A stretch of 64,000 bases of DNA from Tubulanus polymorphus (lineage: Eukaryota > Animalia > Nemertea). This document shows, piece after piece, positions 1 through 11,944 of the stretch; position 1 is the first letter of the stretch; every line of letters starts with the position of its first letter. The position numbers and the translations under genes are program-made. The stretch covers positions 372,001-436,000 of the forward strand of contig NC_134031.1 of assembly GCF_964204645.1 (NCBI RefSeq), written 5' to 3'. The notes under the pieces were generated by a model. It saw only the letters and a program-made list of their open reading frames with translations. It made no database searches and was not told the origin of the DNA.

Positions 1-190
1 CTGTGACCCTAACCCTAGCTAGACCGTAACCCTAACCCTAGCACGACTCGAACCTGCGACCTCCAGTATGCCAGCCGAGCATTCTAACCACTAGACCATA
101 GACCAGTGGTGACTGAGGCAGTTGGTAGGTTTGTCTGGTCAATGCGGGTGACCTGATGACCAGTCAGGTGTGGACAATACCTGCTAGATC
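1..190 (-). mobile_element. tRNA-Ala-like/TTAGGG composite interspersed element, copy 1 (truncated by window start)
   Basis: Minus strand reads leader TAGCAGGTATTGT..CTGACTGGTCATCAGGTCACC.., A box TGGTCTAGTGG, B box GGTTCGAGTC, then TAGGGTTAGGGTT. Homologous to 31262-31550 and 50489-50830. Confidence 0.8.
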
Positions 191-767
191 ATTATCGGTT
201 GATTGAAACAGTTTCGTTCCAGCACAGCAATTTTTGTTTGGGCCTCCAGACGTGCCCCCAGCATCCTGAGCGCCCCAGCATCCTGGCCCCCCAGCATCCT
301 GAGCGCCCCATCCACGTGACACAACCGAGGTCTCAATAATGCGCATACTTTCATTAGTCAAATCTTACGAGCAGCAACATTCAGCATCCCAGCAGCATCC
401 AGCACCAATAGCAACCAACCATCTCAAACGTCGTCCAGTAAAGGGATGTGTGTATTTTTTTATAATCTTGATTTATGTTGCATACATGAGTTTCCTCGTT
501 GGTTTCATCAGTGCCTCGTTACTAAGGTTACTAATAAACTATTGAACAGACGATGACGCTATGATGTATGGGATACTTCACTGAACGGCCTGGTGACGCG
601 ACATCTCAACATCTCTTAAAATTATCACAATACTTCACTGAACGGCCTGGTGACGCGACATCTCTTAAAATTATCACAATACTTTACTTAGGAAAACAGA
701 AGACAAATTGAGCATCTTGCAATTTATAGAATAGAATTTGTTTCTGAAAAATATAGTAAAGACAGGG

Positions 768-920
768 TTCAGTTCCACAGTTCCGAGTTAAGATTTAACT
801 CAAAGTTAATTCATTGAAAATGAACTGATTTCAAGTCGGAGTTAACTGTAACTCACAACTGTGGAACTGGATCCTCAGTTCAGAGTTAACTGTAACTCAC
901 AACTGTGGAACTGGATCCAG
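768..920. mobile_element. Short palindromic MITE (TIR GGATCCAGTTCCACAGT), right end tandemly duplicated
   Basis: Left TTCAGTTCCACAGTT and right AACTGTGGAACTGGATCC; right ~43 bp repeated; same family at 22848-22946 and 29100-29200. Confidence 0.7.
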
Positions 921-2254
921 GTCTACATTTTCCCACCACGTTTGGATCTTGGGTACAGTCAATACTTAAGTAAAAAAAAAAATCGCCTCAACTCTCCGTA
1001 AGTTGTTAGATTGGTTTAGAACCAGTGTCTGGTCTAATCTAAGTTTTGTTAAGTTGTTGAGATTGACTGAATAATCGAAATGACCAGGTTTAAAGATCGT
1101 TGACTTGTGCGGCCCTCGCGCGCGGTTGTGGTAACGCGGAATATGCATCAGCGATTCGTCCTTTGATTTCTATTGCAATCATCTCTAGTTTCTATTCGGT
1201 TATTCTATCTGCTGTAACTGGTCATTTTACCGCTTAAACTGACATCGCCTTATTCATAATTCACACGTGAACTAGAAGATATTCTCGGTATCTAATGTCG
1301 CAAGTTCTTCAGTCTACGTGGAGCCCGCCGCCGCTGAAATGTACAACAATAAGGCTAGGATATAGAACATAAGGGGATGATTGTAGCCAGTGAAGTAGCC
1401 GGTAAGAGGCTCACTGGTCCAATTCGCGCTGTATCAGTTTTTGGCACCTGACAAAAGACATAAACTTATCTATAATCTATTCAGATCAAATTCGACTCTG
1501 TAAACGCGGTTTGCGTTTCATAAAAACCTGTACTGTTCACATCAAGTGAGAGAGTGTTTGTACGTAAGGATGAAATAGTAGCGGTCTCCCTCCTCTCTCT
1601 CTCTCTCCCTCTCCCTCTCTCTCTCTCCTCTCATAACAATTCTAATGTGTTTAATACACTTTATCGAATATTAATGAGCTGCTGAACTTCACAAAGTTTC
1701 TCTAACAAAAGACTAACAATGTAATGACAGTACTGAAGTTATTACAGTGTAGTCATTTAACTGTCAAACTGAGGGAGAGAGAGAGGGGGAGAGAGGGGAT
1801 TAGCGGTAGCTTGACGTTTCGGACAGGACAGCTGTTTTAACGCTTCTATTTCACACTAACAACAACAAAGAATCAAATTCTATTCATTAAAGCAAAAATC
1901 TTTGTCAGTTGAAATTATTTTTTTTCTTAATTTTAAAATCTGTTAAATTTAGATAATTAAATAATTATTCTTAGAAAAAAATGTCCTTAATAGTTGAAGA
2001 TCTGAGATAGATTAATGTTTGTTTTGATTTTATTTATTAGTAACTCGAATTCACGATTCCGATATCAATGTAAATGTAAATCTAGGTATTCTGTATATTA
2101 CCTGATAATCTGAGTGGTATTGGGAGATCTCAGCTCTGTAAACTGTAAACTGATAGCTACAACTGGATGGACAGTCGGTGTTGACAGCTTCAATAGATTA
2201 TTGTGATTAATACACTGGAATTTGAAAGGATTCGATCGTAAGAATTTCAGCGCG

Positions 2255-2545
2255 GTGTCTGTCTGTCGGCCTGTCCACAGTGTCTGTCGGCCTGTCTGTC
2301 GGCCTGTCCACAGTGTCTGTCGGCCTGTCTGTCGGCCTGTCCACAGTGTCTGTCGGCCTGTCTGTCGGCCTGTCCACAGTGTCTGTCGGCCTGTCTGTCG
2401 GCCTGTCCACAGTGTCTGTCGGCCTGTCTGTCGGCCTGTCCACAGTGTCTGTCGGCCTGTCCACAGTGTCTGTCGGTCTATTAGTCCACAGTATCCGTTA
2501 GTTGTGTCTCCATAGTGTCCGTCGGGCTGCCCACAGTATCCGTCG
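2255..2545. repeat. 33-bp minisatellite (CACAGTGTCTGTCGGCCTGTCTGTCGGCCTGTC)n
   Basis: About 6-7 near-perfect tandem units decaying at the 3' end; explains ORFs 2207-2515. Confidence 0.95.
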
Positions 2546-4844
2546 AACTGTCGACGGTGGTCTTAAGATTCGACTGTCCAGATTTGACGTCACTTCCGCC
2601 ACACTAGATGCAGGCAAATCCAGTTTAATACCCAAAATATTGTATTGAGGAGGGAGAGAGGGATTTACATCCAGATATAGCTGATACGGGAACGGAGCTA
2701 GAGGTCCAAAATTCTGAGAACTAAAAATAGAAGGTAGATTTGTTTATACATGTAAGAACTGCGGTTAGGGTGCTCTTTTCTTAATACGTATGATGTGGTT
2801 TTAATCAGTTGGTTGAATGTGTAAAGGGATAGGTAGGTGTTCCAGTGTAACATATCTCAATAGTGACACACACATTGTGCATCGCGTTCCTCATCTCTCC
2901 GCCTGTCGTCTGTCATCAGAGATCAGGTAAAATAATCATTCTTTGAAAAACCGGCAACTCGAACTGGGATAAAAGAACCGAGAGAAGAGAGAGAGAGAGA
3001 GGCAATTATAGACGCAATGACTGAAAATAATTATCTCAGGTCTAGCGATGATTTGATACTGGCTAGGTCGGGTGGAGCGCCGGAACGAGTCCGTCCTGTA
3101 GGTCTCCTCTGAGAACCGAACAGATATCACAACCTATTCTCAATGACAAATAATCGAGAAAGCGAACGACGACGTATTTTCGTCGATGATGATATAAAAC
3201 TACGGACAAGTCAATGTTTAAATATTAATGGAATAATCAGTAGAGAAACAAGCGGAGTAGGATCGGTCCATCAAACTTGACTTGCCTCCAGTTCTCATCA
3301 ATTCGATAATCCACTATTATCCGACGGTGAAATTGATATCGATGCCTTGTTTGCGATTCGGTGGATGGGATTAGGTGAAGTTATCACCACCGACATCTTT
3401 CATCCCCTCAACTCCCCCTCCCCACCCCCCGATCTAAACACCGGTAGTTATAGACTAACTTAGTTGCGCCCGATCATTATTGACCAACAGAGAGCAAACA
3501 TCCCAGTCAGACCCTGAAAATAGTTTACCGTCCCCACTGACGTACGAACAGCTGTCAACCATATTTGATTGTCAGGAACAATACCTGAAAATACTTTACG
3601 ACCCCCTATCAACCAGGGGGGCATTAATGTATTTAAGGGGATTGAAAATTTGTCAACCATTCCTGATTGTGGCACCTCCGATTTTTAGGGACTCTCACGA
3701 CAGATACTGCCTCGATAACACCCGGGATAACACCCACAGTGAACAGTGAGCTGTCAACAATATCCGAGAAATTCTTACTGATCAAAATATATTCTTCTAT
3801 AATTCGGTAGATTTCAATTCATTTCGTTTAATGTATCGTACAATCAGTAACAGATGCCGGGAAAATATATTATTAGCAAGAACGATTGTCCAGACACTAA
3901 TCAATTAGAAAAACTTCTGGTATATGTCCCGCGCGAGGCGGCGGAGGTGATAAATATTTCTAAGATGGCAAAGTTTCTTTTATCGGTTTCACGAGACAAA
4001 CAATACTACAATACGCGTTCACCGATAAACGCAGACCCTTCTAACTAATGTACGACAAGTGCCGCGGCAAATTAGGTTTATTACAACCGCCGTAAGAAAC
4101 ATTCGGCGCCAAAAGACAAGTGTTAACCTGACGGCAAAAACTGTCGTCAGAAATCTGAGCGAGAATAGATCACACTTGAGTGAAGTGGGGTCCAATTCGC
4201 TCAATACACGCGAATAATCGTTAAGTATGGCTATGAGGCAACTGTCATTGCCAGTGCGGGAACAATCTAATTACTCAACACTTAAAGCCGCCTTTAAAGC
4301 TAGAAAATTAGTTACATCTGCGACAACCGTCGACGACTACTCATAACAGACGACCACTGTGGCTGCTGATGATGAATTAAAGCTGTAAATTTGTAGTTAT
4401 ATATCGTAGAGAATATGTCAGTAACAGTGATAGAATCCACGGGTGACTGAATAACTATCTGTCACATCTCTATTAGATACTATCAAACTGTTGATTTCAA
4501 CTGAGACTGATCCCGCAGACTGGATGTATAGGGGAAGATGCTCGAGGCCCGTGTAGTTTGAGTGAGGCTCGTTGAGACCAGGTTCCCCCTCCCCCGCCCC
4601 CACCCCCGGTGTTCAGTGAGGAACTTGAACTTACATTCATTATCTCGTATATAATATTTATGCATAGTTAAACATGCAATAAATTGACCAAAACAAAACA
4701 TTGAAAAATAACCTTTAATTTGTGCTCAACATCCGAACTCACCCCAGGAGGTGTGGGACTCTGTGGGGCAGGTAGTCCTACCATCGATACTTCAAAGCCC
4801 CAGAGGGTATCAGTGGATATATGTGACTGTTTCAGCTAGTTTCC

Positions 4845-5066
4845 CAGGGGCTGATCCAAGGGGAGGTTGCAGGGGGTTTGCCCCCTAAAATCAATGAAGT
4901 TGCCCAGACATTTTATAGCAAAATTAAATACATAAAACTGATACTTATAGAGTTTGAGTTGACAAGATTTTCTTGTATATTTTCAAAACAAGAGTTTATT
5001 TTTTATTAGCTTTCTTTCTTAATTGGCCCAAATTTTGTGGCGCACCCCTCCGTGAATCAGACCCTC
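4845..5066. mobile_element. Degenerate MITE of the CAGGGGCGGATC(C/T)AG terminal-repeat family
   Basis: Left CAGGGGCTGATCCAAGGGG, right CCCCTCCGTGAATCAGACCCT; related ends at 30543-30797, 46040-46252 and about 26001. Confidence 0.5.
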
Positions 5067-5616
5067 GACTCTACCCGCCCCTGACCACCCCCTCCCCCAC
5101 CTCAACAGAAGCGAAGACAAAGTCAATGTTTTCTACGATAAAAAAATCTTTGTTCAGAACTTTTATTTTCGAGAAAGAATCGGAACAGGACGGATAGAAA
5201 TATTGCACAATCAGTTTTACAAAGTTTTAAAAATCCACGGCGAAAAATGCGTGGTCCCACGAGCAATTATAGTTCCACAAAACGACGACAGACGTCAGCA
5301 CCGTCTAGACGACACATTTCAGCAGTTCATTAGAAAAATACTGATACATATAATAATAATAATAGTGAATTTTTACTCTTTAAAAAACAGCAGTAGAATT
5401 AATGAAAAGCATATCTAAAATACTGGATAAAATTTTTAAAGCATTTTCAAATTCCGCGAGATCGAATGATAACATTTAAATGAAAAACTATAAAGCAGTG
5501 ATTTTACATGATTGCAAAAAGATGTAAAATATTATTTCAGTAAGCTCTACCTGCCCCCCCCCTCCCCCTCGAGTTGGTGCTCTACCCCCACTCGAGATTG
5601 TGCCAAACTTTAATCA

Positions 5617-5842
5617 TTAAGCTAGACAAAAATGATACCTTGTTTCTCCCCAGCGGTCGGGTCATTTTTGTAAAAAATGATAAAACTTGTAAACAGTTCA
5701 TTTCTATAGCGGCCGGGTCTGTTATTGTAAGCTTGATCATGATTTTAAAAACAGTAATGTATAGGGTAGATAGGCGGCCGGCCGGGTCAACTTTTGCGCT
5801 CAACTGACGGAAAAACAAGGTATCAATGTTTTTAGCCTTAGT
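5617..5842. mobile_element. Non-autonomous DNA transposon with ~30 bp TIRs (Kolobok-like, TTAA context)
   Basis: TTAAGCTAGACAAAAATGATACCTTGTTT at left is the near reverse complement of AAAACAAGGTATCAATGTTTTTAGCCTTA at right. Superfamily assignment is tentative. Confidence 0.55.
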
Positions 5843-6332
5843 TCACTGTATTTAGTTCGATATGAAACACTGGAATTATTCAAAATACTTCATACTAGAT
5901 AAAATTGTGAACAAATACTATTCATAAATAGTGGTAAAATTTACACTAATAAATCATACATATATCATTGATTTTTAAAAAAGATATGAATTAATCGTAA
6001 ATCGATTATAGAAATAATAAAAATATCGTTAAAACTACGTTAATAAATCATGGTTTTTATAATCTCAATCATTCAGTCATGATTCTCTATTTTACTCATT
6101 GTGTTTCATTTTTGCGATGTCAATTTTTATTTTGTCATGGAGCAAAATGACATTTGACTCTAAGCAGCAAGAATTGAATTTTTGAATCAAATCTTTCATT
6201 TGTCAATAATCTGTAAACTGGGCTTGTTGTAAACTGGGCTTGTTGTAAACTGGGCTTGTTGTAAACTTGGTCTGTTGTAAACTTGGTCTGTTGTAAACTG
6301 GGCACCGAGTTTGTTGTTGTTAGTTGTTGTTT

Positions 6333-9300
6333 TTAACTGATGAGACAATTTCTATTTTTGGTCACCTCATCGATGATCGCTTGGTCCTCAGGGAGTCGAG
6401 AAATTCCATCTAAAACTTTCAACTGCGGCAGAATTCTGAAAACTCTGTAGAAATAAATCAATGAAACAATGATTAATTGTGGATGACAAGAGTTTTTTAA
6501 TTCTTAACTGGTTCTTAATCCTCTTAATCAAGAAAATGGAAGCTGAAGCCGGCAAATGATGCCTCGATTTCAGCTCAGCGGTTCGAGGGGAACCCCTGAT
6601 TGGAGCTCAGCAGTTTGAGGGGAACCCCTGATTAAAGCTCAGTGGTTTGAGGGGAACCCCTGATTGGAGCTCAGCGGTTTGAGGGGAACCCCTGATTAAA
6701 GCTCAGTGGTTTGAGGGGAACCCCTGATTGAAGCTCAGTGGTTTGAGGGGAACCCCTGATTGAAGCTCAGTGGTTTGAGGGGAACCAACTCTTACCTGAT
6801 TCTATAGTTCTGTGTAAATTCCACTGGATTTCCTTTCATGTTTAAACTCACTAAAGGAGTGCCTTTAAATCTCTTCAATCCGTTCAATGTTAGAATATTA
6901 TTCATCGAAATGTTGAGATGACGAATTTCTGGACATTTTGGCAAATTCTAAACAAGAGAATGAATGAAATACAAATGACTCAGTTTTACAGTTGCACAGA
7001 CTCAGTTTGACAGTTGCACAGACTCAGTTTTACAGTTGCACAGACTCAGTTTGACAGTTGCACAGACTCAGTTTGACAGTTGCACAGACTCAGTTTGACA
7101 GTTGATGGGGAATGAATGACTGAACTTACTGTAAGAGAACCGAGAAAGTTGCGACTCACATTCAAACTGACACATCTGAAATAAATATAGAAATATTTGT
7201 GAAAACCAGTGGGCAGAGGTGGAGGAGGGAGGGGGTTTACTTCCTGCGGTAGAGTCACTATACTGATATTCTGTAGATTGGAGGGAGGGGAAGGGAGGGG
7301 GAGGAGGGGAGGGAGGAGGGGAGGAGGGAGTACTCACTGCGGTAATGTCACTATACTGATATTCTGTAGATTGGAGGGAGGGGGAGGAGGGGAGGAGGGA
7401 GTACTCACTGCGGTAATGTCACTGTACTGATATTCTGTAGATTGGAGGGAGGGAGGAGGGAGGGGGAGGAGGGGAGGAGGGAGTACTCACTGCGGTAGTG
7501 TCACTATACTGATATTCTGTAGATTGGAGGGAGAGAGGAGGGAGGGGGAGGAGGGGAGGAGGGAGTACTCACTGCGGTAGTGTCACTATACTGATATTCT
7601 GTAGATTGGAGGGAGAGAGGAGGGAGGGGGAGGAGGGAGTACTCACTGCGGTAATGTCACTGTACTGATATTCTGTAGATTGGAGGGAGAGAGGAGGGAG
7701 GGGGAGGAGGGGAGGAGGGAGTACTCACTGCGGTAATGTCACTGTACTGATATTCTGTAGATTGGAGGGAGGGGAAGGGAGGGGGAGGAGGGAGTACTCA
7801 CTGCGGTAGTGTCACTATACTGATATTCTGTAGATTGGAGGGAGGGGAAGGGAGGGGGAGGAGGGGAGGGAGGAGGGGAGGAGGGAGTACTCACTGCGGT
7901 AGTGTCACTATACTGATATTCTGTAGATTGGAGGGAGAGAGGAGGGAGGGGGAGGAGGGAGTACTCACTGCGGTAGTGTCACTATACTGATATTCTGTAG
8001 ATTGGAGGGAGGGGAAGGGAGGGGGAGGAGGGGAGGGAGGAGGGGAGGAGGGAGTACTCACTGCGGTAGTGTCACTATACTGATATTCTGTAGATTGGAG
8101 GGAGGGAGGAGGGAGGGGGAGGAGGGAGTACTCACTGCGGTAATGTCACTGTACTGATATTCTGTAGATTGGAGGGAGGGGAAGGGAGGGGGAGGAGGGG
8201 AGGGAGGAGGGGAGGAGGGAGTACTCACTGCGGTAGTGTCACTATACTGATATTCTGTAGATTGGAGGGAGAGAGGAGGGAGGGGGAGGAGGGGAGGAGG
8301 GAGTACTCACTGCGGTAATGTCACTGTACTGATATTCTGTAGATTGGAGGGAGGGAGGAGGGAGGGGGAGGAGGGGAGGAGGGAGTACTCACTGCGGTAA
8401 TGTCACTGTACTGATATTCTGTAGATTGGAGGGAGGGAGGAGGGAGGGGGAGGAGGGGAGGAGGGAGTACTCACTGCGGTAATGTCACTGTACTGATATT
8501 CTGTAGATTGGAGGGAGGGAGGAGGGAGGGGGAGGAGGGGAGGAGGGAGTACTCACTGCGGTAATGTCACTGTACTGATATTCTGTAGATTGGAGGGAGG
8601 GAGGAGGGAGGGGGAGGAGGGAGTACTCACTGCGGTAGTGTCACTATACTGATATTCTGTAGATTGGAGGGAGGGGAAGGGAGGGGGAGGAGGGGAGGGA
8701 GGAGGGGAGGAGGGAGTACTCACTGCGGTAGTGTCACTATACTGATATTCTGTAGATTGGAGGGAGGGAGGAGGGAGGGGGAGGAGGGGAGGGAGGAGGG
8801 AGGGGGAGGAGGGGAGGAGGGAGTACTCACTGCGGTAATGTCACTGTACTGATATTCTGTAGATTGGAGGGAGGGAGGAGGGAGGGGGAGGAGGGGAGGA
8901 GGGAGTACTCACTGCGGTAATGTCACTGTACTGATATTCTGTAGATTGGAGGGAGGGAGGAGGGAGGGGGAGGAGGGGAGGAGGGAGTACTCACTGCGGT
9001 AGTGTCACTATACTGATATTCTGTAGATTGGAGGGAGAGAGGAGGGAGGGGGAGGAGGGGAGGAGGGAGTACTCACTGCGGTAATGTCACTGTACTGATA
9101 TTCTGTAGATTGGAGGGAGGGAGGAGGGAGGGGGAGGAGGGGAGGAGGGAGTACTCACTGCGGTAATGTCACTGTACTGATATTCTGTAGATTGGAGGGA
9201 GGGAGGAGGGAGGGGGAGGAGGGGAGGAGGGAGTACTCACTGCGGTAGTGTCACTATACTGATATTCTGTAGATTGGAGGGAGGGAGGAGGGAGGGGGAG

Positions 9301-11004
9301 GAGGGGAGGAGGGAGTACTCACTGCAGTAATGTCACTGTACTGATATTCTGTAGATTGGATGGAGGGAAGGGGAGGGGGAGGAGGGGAGGAGGGAGTTGT
9401 ACTCACTGCGGTAGTGTCACTGTACTGATATTCTGTAGATTGGAGGGAGGGAGGAGGGAGGGGGAGGAGGGGAGGAGGGAGTACTCACTGCGGTAATGTC
9501 ACTGTACTGATATTCTGTAGATTATTCTCCACTATAATCAACTCCTCAACGTGTCTCATACGTTGTAAAACTCGAGTGAAATTCGTCCTCTGATATTCAT
9601 GTGATAGTTCCTGATACGATAGATTACCCTTCACACAATTCTCCCAATCCTCTTTCACATCGCGATAATCTTTCTTCTCCTTTACAGTTTTATTTTCCAC
9701 CCTCTCATCATTCTTGTCGATCAGTTTATCTTTGTTGATCGGACCTGAAAATATTTCCGAGCGACATTTCAATAATTCTTAGTTAGGAGAATCGCACGAT
9801 GATTGGTGGAATATATCGAGATTGATCGATACCTTCTCTGATACGTGGAGCGTTCAGTTGAGGTCCTGTTAAATCTGTATCACATAATTCATGCCATAAA
9901 GTGTATTTAAACTTCTCGGACGGCAACTGAAATATCGAATGAAATACATCTACAGTTAACTCTGCCTTACCTGCACTATTGACCAGTACTGAGTTGACTG
10001 AAGTACTGTGTTGACCAGTACTGAATTGACTAAAGTACTGTGTTGACCATTTTTGACTAGTTTTCCAGGTTGATAAGTTTGCAAAGTTGACTGGTTCAAA
10101 CCAAGTTGACTCGTACTTAGTTGACCAGTTTACCAACTTGACTGGTACTTAATTGGTAGGTTTTACTAGGTTGATCAGAACTGAGGTGACAGGTTTATTA
10201 TGCTGACCAGTACTGAGTTAACCAGTTTACCAAGTTGACCAGTACTGAGTTGACAGTAGGCCTACTGAGTCAACCGAATACTGAGTCGACTGGATACTGA
10301 GTTGACCAGATATTGAGTTGACCGGTTACTGAGTTAACTGGATACTGAGTTAACTGTATATTGAGTTGACCGGATACTGATTAAGGAGACTGATGTATAT
10401 TTTACCTGTGGTAATACACGTATCTCTTCAGCACAGTTGTGTTGTTGTTTATAAACAGGTTTTATAGATATTTCTACTAAAGTCGTCGATCCTGTACTGT
10501 TACTGCTGCTTACACTGTTTATAGTGTTAGGACTGCTGTAATCTGAATCTATACTTTCTGTATGAATCGACCTGAAACAAACAAACAACAAATACATCCA
10601 ACCTTCAGAAAGTATATAATCTATTCTAGCGTGTAACTATTTCTACGTTAATTTTCCTTTGATTAAAGTCTAATTAGCTTAATTAGTCTCTTTGTCTCTG
10701 GATTGTATATATATCTCATAATTTTTGTAGTATCTCATTATTCCTGAAGATGACTTAGGATATAGTCGAAACGTTGAAATAAACTACTATCTCGAAGTTT
10801 CATTTTCGGACTTTTTCGTTATAATTATGGGATTCTCTCTACTTCAGAGAGTAATGTGAATGTAGGGGGACTGAATAAATCTGACTGTATGATGTATTTG
10901 ATTCTAGAAGTGCGATAAGGTCATGCCAGTAAACTGACTGTTAGACTATATAACCCTGTACCTAACAAGGAAGACTGTCATTATGTTAATTACCTGTTTG
11001 ACAT
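6333..11004 (-). CDS. Uncharacterised SDS22/U2A'-type leucine-rich repeat protein with LRRcap and C-terminal CaaX (~278 aa)
   Basis: Phase-compatible GT-AG exons 11004-10994, 10571-10406, 9926-9833, 9744-9489, 7175-7130, 6947-6796, 6444-6333 (837 nt). LRRs VEELIIVENNL, CVSLNVSRNFL, IRHLNISMNNI, LVSLNMKGNPV; cap NYRIRVFRILPQLKVLDG; ends NRNCLIS*. The 5' exons are less certain. Confidence 0.8.
6575..6787. repeat. 32-bp intronic minisatellite (GCTCAGTGGTTTGAGGGGAACCCCTGATTGAA)n
   Basis: About 6.5 tandem copies in the last intron of the LRR gene. Confidence 0.9.
6977..7103. repeat. 22-bp intronic minisatellite (GACTCAGTTTGACAGTTGCACA)n
   Basis: About 5.5 tandem copies. Confidence 0.9.
7245..9523 (-). 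repeat. Tandem array of duplicated exon 3' end + splice donor + CT tract (~27 intronic copies, typically ~82 bp)
   Basis: Core GTACTCACTGCGGTA(A/G)TGTCACT(G/A)TACTGATATTCTGTAGATT recurs ~28 times by my count, separated by variable GA-rich spacers; the last copy is the real exon end at 9489. Confidence 0.95.
9975..10385. repeat. Degenerate ~19-bp intronic repeats (GTACTGAGTTGACCA-like)
   Basis: Recurrent ACTGAGTTGAC/ACCAGT motifs filling intron 9927-10405. Confidence 0.7.
10738..10782 (+). ncRNA. Minimal type I hammerhead ribozyme motif (Penelope-like element type)
   Basis: TTATTC-CTGAAGA-T-GACT(TAGGATAT)AGTC-GAA-ACGT-T-GAAATAA: core boxes, 4-bp stem II, palindromic ACGT in place of stem III, bulged stem I; TATATATA upstream and AATAAA downstream. 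Confidence 0.65.
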
Positions 11005-11114
11005 ATTCAACAAGTTGAATTTCAGTCCAGTTGCCGAAGGGAAGGTTTAAGATCCAATCAAGTTACCCAGGGACGGGTTTAAGTGTGCCGGGTAGATAGG
11101 TTTAGATTCACTCC

Positions 11115-11245
11115 ACTTGTAGAGCTGGGTAGGTTCAGTCCAGTTTCCAGGGCTAGGTAGGTTCAGTCGGGTTTCCAGGGCTAGGTAGGTTCAGTCCAGT
11201 TGTCCAGGGCTAGGTAGGTTCAGTCCAGTTGTCCAGAGCTAGGCA
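11115..11245. repeat. 28-29 bp minisatellite (GGTAGGTTCAGTCCAGTTTCCAGGGCTA)n
   Basis: About 4 tandem copies. Confidence 0.85.
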
Positions 11246-11944
11246 GCAGTAGTTCATAGAAAGGGAGCTGTTCATACAAATTAAATGAGGAAATAGAAAA
11301 TCTGAAAAGAGAAATTCAAAACTCTATTTTAGCTAAAAGCTTTAGAAAAGTCTTACCACACAAACCTCTCGTACCCCGGAGTCACAGGATGCAACTACAA
11401 AAGCTTACCACCAACAATTAAGTCACTAACTAACTAGCTAGCGTGAGGCAGGGGTCTAAATTTTCAAATGAAATTGTTCAGGCTCCTGTTTGAGGTTTGA
11501 TATTTTGATTTTTGAAGGCCCCGCGGGGTTGGCGACACCACCAGTCCCGTGAAGTGTGGAGGAGAGGGTCCTGCTGATGTAGATGAAGCCCCTCTTCTGA
11601 CCCCGAATTAAGTATTCTACAAAAATGAATAAATCTTTGAATATTTGAGGAGAAACTTACAACAATTCGATTTACTGTTTACATAGGACTGTCAAATTGA
11701 GTATCAACAAAATACGGAACTGGACTTCACTGAAATTGACAAATTGAATTGAATTGGTAATCAGTAAAATACGGATTTGGCGTTGATATCAGTCCGACTG
11801 CCGTGATTTAGCGATATCCAATGAATGGAAGCCGAGTGGAGTTTTGAAAACGATTTCAAACGCGTAAATAATAAAACCGCGGGTGTAAAGCTGGGAATCT
11901 GAGAATCTACGGAATCTACAGACGATAAGAGAATCTGTGATAAA

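Noticed and set aside
1-45. Chromosome end or telomerase RNA template
   Set aside because: Only 2-3 interrupted CCCTAA units, and the same context recurs at two internal sites.
339-545. 68-aa ORF with one hydrophobic segment
   Set aside because: No recognisable family, promoter or splice support; cannot be called without expression data.
1810-1835. GAAACGTC on the minus strand as another hammerhead (also CTGACGA hairpin at 35494 and CTGATGA at 16878)
   Set aside because: Each lacks the partner core box or a closing stem II.
7245-9523. CRISPR-like look: constant ~45 bp repeat with variable spacers
   Set aside because: Spacers are low-complexity GA tracts, the repeat is a copy of a host exon end, there are no cas genes and the DNA is eukaryotic.
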